DNA of 64,000 nt from NCBI GenBank assembly GCA_030141605.1, contig JAQGDQ010000227.1:248001-312000 (forward strand). The letters run 5' to 3'. The number at the start of each line of letters is the position of its first letter. Within the stretch, counting starts at the first letter, position 1. A program made the position numbers and the translations under genes. Under the pieces are notes generated by a model. The model had not been told where the DNA came from and made no database searches. It saw nothing but the letters and a program-made list of their open reading frames with translations. Origin of the DNA: Tubiluchus corallicola. Its lineage: Eukaryota > Animalia > Priapulida. Shown piece after piece: positions 26,215 to 37,307 of this stretch.

Positions 26215-27757
26215 AATATATTTCTATTTGGATTCTCTTGTTAACGTGTTTTCGTGTACATTAAACTATCTATAACTCGAATTCCTGCATATCTCGGTCA
26301 AATCTCGTGGAACGGATTTTCTCTTTCGTTTTACCTTTTAACAAACATCGTGTAACTTGAAATATGTAACTCAAATTATCTCGTAATTTGAACCGAATCC
26401 CCGGTACAATTCTTAAGATCTGAGTGAAATTACATCACTTCGTTCCGAACAGCTTCCCAAACAAAATTCCTGCATGAAAGTGCGCCATGTTATGATTTTA
26501 ACTGCTAGTTTCAGCAAAATGCTAAGATTTCTTGTATTAAACTATCAAATGACGTTATTGTTCATGATAAGTGAGTTAATGGCATGAGGCAGATAATACA
26601 GCTCACTAATTGTCCACTCTTGCTCCTAATTACAGCTGGAATAATAAAAAAGTGGAAAATTTGAAAACACATTTTAAAAAATCAACTGATCATTGATGAA
26701 AACCACTACGAAGTCTAAATTTTCCCGTTTGTAATTTTGTGTAATTTGTATCTTTTATGCTTTTTCTACAGTACTTTATTGTGTGGCTTGAACACCTAAA
26801 AGAAAGAAATTAATTAACTGGCTAATTAGTGCCACTTACCCTCTAATAATACAATCTAATCTATAAGCTAATTATTGTAATTAGCTTTTAATACACGTGA
26901 AAACATTTCAGCAGGTATCACTCAATTATTATCACCAAAATAAAATAAAGTAAAATAAAAAAATAGACAGGTATATAGAATCACTAATTAATGTCAATGA
27001 TTTTGTTACTATTAATATTCAATATTATTATTAATGTTACAAAAACAACTGATCATTGATGAAAACCACTACGAAGTCTATATTTTTTGGTTCATAATTT
27101 TCTTTTTTTGGCTTCTTCATAATTATGAACTCGAGAAGTGAAAGGAAGCAAAAGAAAAGACCATAGCAAGGATATCAAAGGGTTAATGCTAATGCGTGTA
27201 TCAAAGAATAACAAGTTTCCACATGTTTTCCACTCAAAACCCAGCAAATGCTGTCAAATTCTGAAACATCTAACTCAACTATGGTCACCAAGTTCAGTCC
27301 TGATTTGGCCTTAATATTTTTAGTATTTGTTGCTTCTGCATTGGTTTTCAATGTCCTATCTTCATGAAACTATAATATAACATAACATAACATAACATAA
27401 CATTCTCAGATGGCTTATATATATATCTTCATTATTCTAAAGACCATGTTATAAGTGCAGCAAAGTTTGTTCAAAATATTCGTCCATTAGCTCTCTGTTT
27501 GGAACATTTTTTTCAATTTTTGTAACTCCATTTTGTGGAAATATTAGTTATGGAATCTATTGACCTAGCAAATAAACCCAACGCACAGAAATACTGAGGC
27601 TGTAATGCCTGGTGTGAAATAATGTCATTTTATTTATTAACAACTACATTACATTTATTTTAATCAAATATTTTTCAACTTATTTATTGTTACCAAATTA
27701 CCAACCATCCAATCTTCATCCATTTACGTTTTTACCTTACTCTTTCTCAATTCACAG

Positions 27758-27886
27758 CTTTTCAGATTAAAACACTGGTTTGCCAGGGATCATATACAGC
27801 AGCAGCGCGTTCCTGTGGCTCTCGGAGATTCAACTGTCTGAGATGTCTGTAGCTGGAGGGCACGATTGTCTGAAGAAATGGCTGAG
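27758..27886 (+). ncRNA. Candidate non-coding exon of the miRNA host transcript
   Basis: Long pyrimidine tract + cacag| (alternative ttcag| at 27765) and gag|gtaacc donor. More GC-rich than its flanks. Confidence 0.45.
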
Positions 27887-28251
27887 GTAACCAGTGGGAG
27901 TAATCTTGCTGTGCTTTCCCTGGTCCGCTTGATTTATAAAGAGATTGGACGTGCGGATCAAGCCAAGAAGAGTGCCGGAGAGGCGAGTTTATCTGATTAT
28001 AATTCACTGTCGATTGGGCGGGAACGTGTAAATTTTATTTGAAAGGAATACGGGTGTACAGCAGTGCGTGGGTATAGTTATTTCAGTGCAGGCGAGTTAA
28101 AGTGTAATGTTACAGTAGATAATTGACTGTGTACATTGTCAAGGATATTGTTGTATTGTTTTGTTTTCCTGAAAAATATTTAATTATTAAATTATATTTT
28201 AATTATTGGTGTTTTAGAACATATATAGCATAATAGCATTGCATTTTGTTG

Positions 28252-29410
28252 AGCATTACATAGTTTACTTGTACTGTTTGCGACGATTTCAATGCGTTAC
28301 GTAGTTTACTTGTACTGTTTGCGACGATTTCAATGCGTTACGTAGTTTACTTGTACTGTTTGCGACGATTTCAATGCGTTACGTAGTTTACTTGTACTGC
28401 TTGCGACAATTTCAATGCTTTACGTAGTTTACTTGTACTGTTTGCGACGATTTCAATGCTTTACGTAGTTTACTTGTACTGTTTGCGACGATTTCAATGC
28501 TTTACGTAGTTTACTTGTACTGCTTGCGACGATTTCAATGCTTTACGTAGTTTACTTGTACTGTTTGCGACGATTTCAATGCCTTACGTAGTTTACTTGT
28601 ACTGCTTGCGACGATTTCAATGCGTTACGTAGTTTACTTGTACTGTTTGCGACGATTTCAATGCTTTACGTAGTTTACTTGTACTGTTTGCGACGATTTC
28701 AATGCGTTACGTAGTTTACTTGTACTGTTTGCGACGATTTCAATGCTTTCAGTAGTTTACTTGTACTGTTTGCGACGATTTCAATGCCTTACGTAGTTTA
28801 CTTGTACTGTTTGCGACGATTTCAAGACTTACGTAGTTTACTTGTACTGTTTGCGACGATTTCAATGCCTTACGTAGTTTACTTGTACTGTTTGCGACGA
28901 TTTCAATGCTTTACGTAGTTTACTTGTACTGTTTGCGACGATTTCAATGCTTTACGTAGTTTACTTGTACTGTTTGCGACGATTTCAATGCCTTACGTAG
29001 TTTACTTGTACTGTTTGTGATGATTTCAATGCTTTACGTAGTTTACTTGTACTGTTTGCGACGATTTCAATGCGTTACGTAGTTTACTTGTACTGTTTGC
29101 GACGATTTCAATGCTTTACGTAGTTTACTTGTACTGTTTGCGACGATTTCAATGCTTTACGTAGTTTACTTGTACTGTTTGCGACGATTTCAATGCTTTA
29201 CATAGTTTAAATGTACTGTTTGCGACGATTTCAATGCTTTACGTAGTTTACTTGTACTGTTTGCGACGATTTCAATGCGTTACGTAGTTTACTTGTACTA
29301 TTTGCGACGATTTCAATGCCTTACGTAGTTTACTTGTACTGTTTGCGACGATTTCAATGCCTTACGTAGTTTACTTGTACTGTTTGCGACGATTTCAATG
29401 CGTTACGTAG
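28252..29410. repeat. 41-bp minisatellite (~28 copies)
   Basis: Unit cgtagtttacttgtactgtttgcgacgatttcaatgc(g/t/c)tta. Confidence 0.98.
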
Positions 29411-29500
29411 CCGAAAATTTACCGCTTTTTACCAGGTTTACTCACCTATATAGGAAAACTAAAGTCAGTTTGATTTAACCATCTCTATCTCTAATTTTAG

Positions 29501-29565
29501 GTTTGTCTTTTTCATACTGAATAAAAAACTTCAGTTCTCTATACTACGTTGGTGATGTTGCTGAG
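29501..29565 (+). ncRNA. Candidate non-coding exon upstream of miR-100
   Basis: ctctaattttag| acceptor and gag|gtgagc donor, with an alternative donor atg|gtgagt at 29632. Confidence 0.35.
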
Positions 29566-29998
29566 GTGAGCATGTTTAAACTCCACTTTCTCCCGGACTC
29601 TTCCAGTCAAATTGTTAAGCTGTGTTCGATGGTGAGTTATTTGAGTAACTTCAAGACGGCCGTCGATGGTAGAAATGAACGTCTGTTCATCATCGAGTTA
29701 ATTTCGAAGATTAATGTTTAAACGATTTCATGACAAGTTCTCAAGTTTGGCATCATTTATTAGTCTCCACGCTCAGATAAAGTTGCCAAGTTTCGGGCGG
29801 CGCTGTAATCGGATTAGAATCTTGTTTATAAATAATTGTTATTTGATCTAACCCATATTTTTGATGTTTTTATTTAGAAAATGAGTGTCTGTTCTATGTG
29901 TGTTACACCTTGTGTTATACCAAACTCATTTTAACAATCCTGTGCTTCAGTTCAGTAGTGTGGTGAGTTTTGAACGTTCCAGTTTGAAAGTTTAATAT

Positions 29999-30195
29999 CC
30001 TCTGTTGGTTCATTTGAGTGCTGACCTCTGTTGTTTTGTTAAAGTGCTGACCTCTGTTGGTTAATTTAAGTGCTGACCTCTGTTTGTTCATTTAAGTGCT
30101 GACCTCTGTTGGGTCATTTGAGTGCTGACCTCTTTTGGTTAATTTAAGTGCTGACCTCTGTTGGTTAATTCAAGTGTGGACCTCTGTTGGTTTAA
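29999..30195. repeat. 26-bp minisatellite just upstream of miR-100
   Basis: aagtgctgacctctgttggtt(c/a)attt, about 7 copies, six containing TGCTGACCT. Confidence 0.93.
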
Positions 30196-30244
30196 TTAAA
30201 TGGTGATTTTGTGTCAGTTTTTATGATTCATTTATAACAGTCTC

Positions 30245-30322
30245 CTGGTCACTGTAACCCGTAGATCCGAACTTGTGCTGCCACTAGATCACGAGTTCTC
30301 TTCTACAGGTATCAGTTGCTGG
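30245..30322 (+). ncRNA. mir-100: pre-miR-100 hairpin (mature 5p 30256-30277)
   Basis: Exact AACCCGTAGATCCGAACTTGTG. The 3p arm cacgagttctcttctacaggtatc pairs back. CNNC (CATC, 30330) lies about 17 nt after the predicted 3p end. Confidence 0.98.
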
Positions 30323-30540
30323 ATTGTCACATCAACATTCATGCAAGTGCCGCCATTTATCAGAAGAAAATGTGTAGGTTCTCAGAGTGTGAGTTCCTGT
30401 GTGTTAATGTCACATTGTTCTAACATGCCAGGTCGTCTCGTTCCGTTAAAACCGATTCCCCATGCCATTTGTCTCTGTGGGAGAGTTACCAGTGCTGACA
30501 CCTATTGGAAGAAACCGGTATCTTCAGTGATGTTGCGTGT

Positions 30541-30625
30541 ATCCTGAGTGAGGTAGTAGGTTGTATAGTTAAGAATTACATCTAAATTTAGGAGAACTGT
30601 ACAACTTGCTAACTTTCCTGGGATC
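30541..30625 (+). ncRNA. let-7: pre-let-7 hairpin (mature 5p 30549-30570, star 30597-30618)
   Basis: Exact TGAGGTAGTAGGTTGTATAGTT. Star arm ctgtacaacttgctaactttcc, loop GGAG at 30591, CNNC (CGTC) at 30635. Confidence 0.99.
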
Positions 30626-31039
30626 ATGCTGTTTCGTCTCACCTGCCCATCTAGGAAAAGAAGCATATTATGTTTCGATAATTGTGGCAACACTGCTCGA
30701 CGTAAGTGCCAAATTCTTGAGAAATACTGAGAGTTGTCTGTAGAGAAACATGACATGATTCGGCGTCCTTGCCGAAACAAACCTGTTATTATAATTATTG
30801 CATTTTACATTTTAAATTAAAAATAAACGCGTTTGTATGACTGCGGTAGGTGAATGTATGAATGCACAAAAAATTTATAAAAAATCCCGGGCGAGTGCGA
30901 GATTAAAAAATACCCGGGTGATTAGTTGTTTAGGTGTTAAAAAAACTTTTTTATAAGAAGTTCACTGCCCACCTCTTTAAAGATCTGCAACCTTGTTTAA
31001 AAGTAAAAAATGTATCTCCACAAATGTATGTTGCAAAAT

Positions 31040-31745
31040 TCTATATGTGGCTCCATCTATCGACTGTGTTTTAATTTAACTGTGGATTTTTACAACTGTT
31101 TTTTGAAAACAAACTTTTACACGATAACCTTTCCAATAGTTAATGTATGGGTGACACTTGTGAAAATGAGTGTGTGGCTCCATCTATCAAGTGTGTTGCA
31201 ATTCACTTGTGGATTTTTCAGCTAGTTCTCTTTTTGTTTGAAAATCTTGTATGCTATAACGTTTCCAATAGTTAATGTGTGAGCGACATTTGTGAAGATC
31301 AGTATGTGGTGCCATCTATCAACTGTGTTGCAATTCACCTGTGTATTTTTAGCTAGCTCTTACATTTTTTTGTAAAACAAAACTACTTGAATATTATCAA
31401 CTTTCCAGTAGTTATGCATAATATGTGCTTGACACTTGTGAAGTTCAGCATGTGGCTCCATCTATTAATCATGTTATAATTTATGTTTTAATGTTTTCAG
31501 CTACCGTCTACGACTTTTGGGAAAGCATTACAAAAACAACTTGCATACTTGAAGCTCTTAAGCAGTGATGTATTTGAAGGCTTAGCATACTGCTTCATCT
31601 ACTGATCGTGTTATAATTCACTCGTATTTGCAATCCTGGCCAAAGCAATACAAAAGTCATTTATTGACTTCAAGCCTTTGAATGGGTGACTTTTGCAAAG
31701 TTCAGCAGGTAGCTCCATCTGTTAGTTGTATTATAATTCATTTTG
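31040..31745. repeat. Degenerate ~130-bp repeat between let-7 and miR-125
   Basis: A tgtggctccatctat core recurs about 6 times. Confidence 0.75.
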
Positions 31746-32078
31746 TCCGGCAGCAGTTAGAACAAACACAAACACTAACACTAAACACTAAACAATAGCA
31801 AGAGATTATTTTTGCAGGAAAACGTAAGCCATGTTTCAGATATGTTGGTATGTCCTCAAGGCAAATTTAGCTGAAATAAATTTAAAATAATGTAAGCATT
31901 TAAACAGAATGTACCAAGAGCTTGTTTTATATAGTCTTCTAGTATTTCTAAAGTTAAATAGGAGCATCATTGTGATATGATCAAATATATCTAGGATAGG
32001 TGACTCTTGATGTGTGTATTACAGACATGTTTTCATGTACCGAGTTCCTGGAATGAGGAAATGGTCCTTTAACGAAAC

Positions 32079-32152
32079 CTGCTCCCCATTCCCTGAGACC
32101 CTAACTTGTGAAGAAGTGGTTCACAGGTTAAGGTTCTCCGGTATAGGGTAGT
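32079..32152 (+). ncRNA. mir-125: pre-miR-125 hairpin (mature 5p 32090-32111)
   Basis: Exact TCCCTGAGACCCTAACTTGTGA. The 3p arm tcacaggttaaggttctccggtat pairs back. CNNC (CATC) at 32163. Confidence 0.98.
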
Positions 32153-32157
32153 TTGGC

Positions 32158-33352
32158 TGTCTCATCGACGCCAGTGAAACCACAGAACAGAGCTCAGCTG
32201 TTGCAGCTTTTTACAGGTAAGAGTGTGAATGTTGTCTCATCAGCTGTGATGAAACCACAGAACAGAGCTCAGCTGTTGCAGCTTTTTGCAGGTAAGAGTG
32301 TGAATCTTGTCTCATCAGCTGTGATGAAACCACAGAGCAGAACTCGGCTGTTTGCAGGTAAGAGTGTGAATCTTGTCTCGTCAGCTGTGATGAAACCACA
32401 GAACAGAACTCAGCTTTTTGCAGGTAAGAGTGAATCTTTCTTCATCAGCTGTGATGAAACCACAGAGCAGAGCTCAGTTGTTTGCAGGTAAGAGTGTGAA
32501 TCTTGTCTCGTCAGCTGTGATGAAACCACAGAACAGAGCTCAGCTGTTTGCAGGTAAGAGTGAATCTTTCTTCATCAGCTGTGTTGAAACCACAGAGCAG
32601 AGCTCAGCTGTTTGCAGGTAAGAGTGAATCTTTCTTCATCAGCTGTGTTGAAACCACAGAGCAGAGCTCAGCTGTTTGCAGGTAAGAGTGAATCTTGTCT
32701 CATCAGCTGTGTTGAAACCACAGAGCAGAGCTCAGCTGTTTGCAGGTAAGAGTGAATCTTGTCTCATCAGCTGTGATGAAACCACAGAGCAGAACTCGGC
32801 TGTTTGCAGGTAAGAGTGTGAATCTTGTCTCATCAGCTGTGATGAAATCACAGAACAGAGCTCAGCTGGTGCAGCTTTTTGCAGGTAAGAGTGTGAATCT
32901 TGTCTCGTCAGCTGTGATGAAACCACAGAACAGAACTCAGCTTTTTGCAGGTAAGAGTGAATCTTTCTTCATCAGCTGTGATGAAACCACAGAGCAGAGC
33001 TCAGTTGTTTGCAGGTAAGAGTGTGAATCTTGTCTCGTCAGCTGTGATGAAACCACAGAACAGAGCTCAGCTGTTTGCAGGTAAGAGTGAATCTTTCTTC
33101 ATCAGCTGTGTTGAAACCACAGAGCAGAGCTCAGCTGTTTGCAGGTAAGAGTGAATCTTGTCTCATCAGCTGTGTTGAAACCACAGAGCAGAGCTCAGCT
33201 GTTTGCAGGTAAGAGTGAATCTTTCTTCATCAGCTGTGTTGAAACCACAGAGCAGAGCTCAGCTGTTTGCAGGTAAGAGTGAATCTTTCTTCATCAGCTG
33301 TGTTGAAACCACAGAGCAGAGCTCATCTGATACAGCTTTTTGCAAGTAAGAA
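32158..33352 (+). repeat. 64-75-bp minisatellite (17 copies + 1 degenerate), each with CAG|GTAAGA; ~527-bp higher-order duplication
   Basis: caggtaaga at 32214, 32289 ... 33270. Identical ORFs in the track are offset by 527 bp. Confidence 0.97.
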
Positions 33353-36300
33353 AGTGTAAATCTTTTTCAATTTATTTTTTATTTAAGCACTTTTTATAGT
33401 TTGGAGCTTTGATTACGCACTGTTCACAGCAGCAAGAAAAGTTGTAATATTGAATTCCTTTAATATTAAAATCTTAATCTTAATCTTTGGACTACCACCC
33501 ATACTCATTATGTAGTCCATTATTATATATACTCATTATTAGTTTAGTAACTGACTAACTTCAATGCTATTATTATCTCTCCACATAGCAAGTTATGCTT
33601 TATGCACGTAATAGTTTGTTATTTTCAAACTTACGAAAAATTCTATTTTTTGTATAAGTTTATGTTTTAACGGAAAGTGACAGTGTGCTGCTTTTCAGCG
33701 TAAACTTCTACAAAAAATTAGATAGCCGATTTTGTGATAATTTTCGATGAACATTAGGCAAGCTGCAGAGGTTTGTACAGTGAATGAACGACTTTATTGC
33801 TGAAACAATGAGCATTCAAAATGCAAAATTAATGTGATTTTACTAATTACCCGAGGTGCTTCTCACACTTATTATTAAATCCTTTTTGTGAACATTGAAA
33901 TAAAGTTGTTCTTACAAGGCTTAGCCTAGCTTTGTAAAATGCGACTCAGTTTTTCACAGTTATCGTGGGTGTTACTGTACAAGTATGCTGATATCCAAAC
34001 ACCAAAATTCATCAACAATACTTTGCTAGTTGTTTATTGGTTCGCTAAAATTAGCCTTTATGGCATCACATTAATTACAATGCAGACGTTAAATAATCCA
34101 AGCTAGAACTAAACTTACAAATTATTAACAATAAATACTAGACAATAAATATATGCAGGTAACTTAACCTTTCACTATGTTGTTGCTTTTTAACTGGGCC
34201 ACATTGGCTTTTGCACATTTAACAATAACTTCTTGTGGTGTGTTACCAAAACAGAATCTTGTAAATGAACAAATTGTTGTTTGTTATTGAGTACTATTAT
34301 TAAAATTTTAGTTTTATTTCTACACATGCGAGCACACACACACACACACATGTGCACACAATCATAAATAAGCATGTATTTATATTTGGAAATCAGTTTT
34401 CACAAAAGACGCAATACTAAATCCATAATATGCAATCATTTTATACGAATGCGGAACAGGCAACTAAACATACGTTCATCAATGATCTACAAGTGATTTT
34501 GCATGGGAACATACCATACAGTACAGTATTGTGGAATGCACGTGGCTTCAGATACTGATTGGCTGGTTAACGTTACTTGTTGTGCATGGCCGTCTCAGTG
34601 ATATAAACAGACCTGCGTGACCACGCTTAATGCTGAGTTTGGGCGGCAGTCTACTGACTTCCGTCCATTGCATGAAAAACACAGGCGGCAGTGTGCAAAG
34701 GGTTAATGATTTGTAATTCAATTTATCGATAATGATTCAATGACTAACATGTATTACCTGTAAACTGATGTGTACTAACATTTAATAACAGTTTTTTCTC
34801 TATACAAATGGACTTAGGACTTATTTATCAATTTTTATGAAGCATAATGACTATTACAAGAGTAATACATACAGTAAAAAAGCACCTCGATTTCACTGAC
34901 GTCTTATTTTTTAATCAAGAAAAAAGGGGCAAAAACTGTTACCACCCATTTGAGAGAACAGCAAAGTTCTTGAGATTGATTTTATAATAACTGGACAATC
35001 TATTTATATGCAAAATTAGTAGGACATATTTTGATTTTATGAGCCACGGTATTTTTTCTGTTACCACACAGTTTTCAAATTGTGGCCAAATATTGTGGAA
35101 TGTAAAACGTTCATATGATGCTGTGTAGTGATGGGACTCAATACAAAAATTGTGATAGGATTTTGATAAAACGATAAGGACTTTCGATACATTTTCGATA
35201 TGCATTTTACAAAATTGTTTTACAAGTGTTGTACACACTGTACTGCACAGTGCAAACTGCGAAGCATCATTTTATGTAATTAATGCTACCAGGTTTTGAA
35301 GTTACTAACACCGTAACATAAACAGAGTTCTCAATTTCTTTATCATTGCTAGGGCACACAAATTGCCGAAATGACACATCGGCAATGTCAATACTCCACA
35401 ACGCCCTAGCCTAATAGATCTGCCCGCACATATGTATCGTGAATTTATGATTTACTATGTTCTTAACTGATTAAACAATTGCTTGTGGTGTATTAGTAAT
35501 ACAATTAAGATAGTATCTACATGGTCATTGTTAATTGGGTGTAACAGACTGGGCAACTGCCTGCTGTGTATCACCTTGTACTTGTTCATTATACGGTACT
35601 TATATCGCAACTGGTCTAAGTAACTGCTTGTGGTGTGTTATGCAATGTTTGTTTTACATGAATATGAACAGATACACATTTCCGTGGAGAAAAAGAATTT
35701 TTTTATTGTTGGGTGCCTAAAATGTGGCGCCCTAGGCTATAGCCCAGTTAGCCTATTGGATAAAATGCCCTTGGATAATCGATACTGTGACATTAAGAAT
35801 GCTGGAACATGTGTGCATGTACAAGTTTTCTGTGAGTCTTTGCCAATCCTAATTAACGTACACACACACGCACACATATATAAACAATATGTAGTAATAA
35901 TGTAATTAATGAAAATTTACAGCCATTCTCATACAACCAGCAACTATAATGAATATTTGACTGTCAGCTTATTAGTAAAACAACAAGGCTACAGTACATA
36001 GGTGATACGAAGCAAAATTTATAAGCCACACACTTACTGCCATCAAGTTTGAGAAATATTTCAATTCTGTACATGTTTATTGTGCGATAATCGTTTTTGC
36101 TACTTAAGCCATTATCAAACTATAAATCAAGCCAAAACGAAGAATAAATAATTGATTAATGATACAAAGGCACAAAGTGAAACTACAAAACAACAGATTA
36201 GTATTTAACTTATCAAAATAAACGAGGTTGTAATGGAAGAAATTGCAGAGAAATGTACAAAATTAGTGAATTGTGCAAAAGGTAGAAGCTTATTGTTCTA

Positions 36301-36397
36301 TTCTTATAATGCTTACTGTTGTGGTTCTTCAATATGTAGACTTGGATTAATTGTTTACCCGTTGTATTATTTTTTGGTTTTCGTGTGTTTTGAGATA

Positions 36398-36847
36398 CAG
36401 TCAACCTCGCTTATAAGGAACATTCGCTTATAAGGGACCACCTTCACTGGTCCCGACTTTGGTAATGTTTTTCCTAATAAAAATCTTCGTATCTAAGGGA
36501 CTTTCGGTTATAAAGGACGATATCTTCAGGTCCCACGTAATAAAAACCCAGGTAAATTACCTCGCATATAAGGGACCCCATGGTCAAAGCGAAATTGATC
36601 TTCTTAACCTCAATTTTTCCCAAACTCGGCCTTCGAACAGCTCGGTTTCCGCGGTCACATACATCTCGCATCACTGAAGGAGCTTCCTACATACTGTATG
36701 CACTGAATGTGCAGCAATAATCCATGAAAATATGGGTAAAAGTACAGAAAAGTACAGGTCTAGATACATCCTCAGTCTGACTCAACTTCGGCTACAAGGG
36801 ACGATTTTTTCCGGTCCGGAGGTGTCCCTTATATCCGAGGTTGACCG
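36398..36847. mobile_element. pogo/Tigger-like MITE
   Basis: TA|cagtcaacctcg...cgaggttgaccg|TA: TIRs with a TA target duplication. Confidence 0.85.
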
Positions 36848-37121
36848 TAATTTTGTACATTTCTCTGCTGTTTCTTCCGTTACAACCTCGTTTATTTTGA
36901 TAAGTTAAATACTAATCTGTTGGTTTGTAGTTTCACTTTATGCCATTGTATCACTAATGTATTATTTATTCTTCTTTTTGGCTTTTTATAGTTTGATAAT
37001 GGCTTCAATAGCAAAAATGATTGTCGCTCAATAAACATGTTGATTCCTGGAAGCTGCATCTTTCTCAATGTTGCTTTTATGAATACCTGAGAATATTCAC
37101 AATGGAATTCCGAAGCCACAG

Positions 37122-37307
37122 CTAATAAACGAAGAGGTCGGGAAAGTCCATTTCATACACAGGCTTCATGTCAGGAGCTTTACCCGGTTCGATGCGGTCG
37201 ATCTGATCCAGGCTGTCCATGCTTTTGCCGTCAATGATTTGTGCTTCCACCGGAGCGAGGTGGATCTTAGCCAGTATCTCGTTCAAACGATTATGAATTT
37301 GGGAAGA
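37122..37307 (-). CDS. EFR3: EFR3 terminal coding exon
   Basis: ttcag| acceptor. Encodes SSQIHNRLNEILAK...PVYEMDFPDLFVY then TAG, matching the EFR3 C-terminus PVYEMKFPDLCVY. Confidence 0.97.
   Translation of the reverse strand, partial: SSQIHNRLNEILAKIHLAPVEAQIIDGKSMDSLDQIDRIEPGKAPDMKPVYEMDFPDLFVY

Noticed and set aside
27915-27970. Possible extra miRNA hairpin (tggtccgc...gcggatca)
   Set aside because: The stem is too short and interrupted, and matches no miRNA family I recognise.
36850-37121. let-7, miR-100 or miR-125 target sites in the proximal EFR3 3' UTR
   Set aside because: Only an offset 6-mer for miR-125 (about 37086) was seen, with no 7-8-mer seed match.
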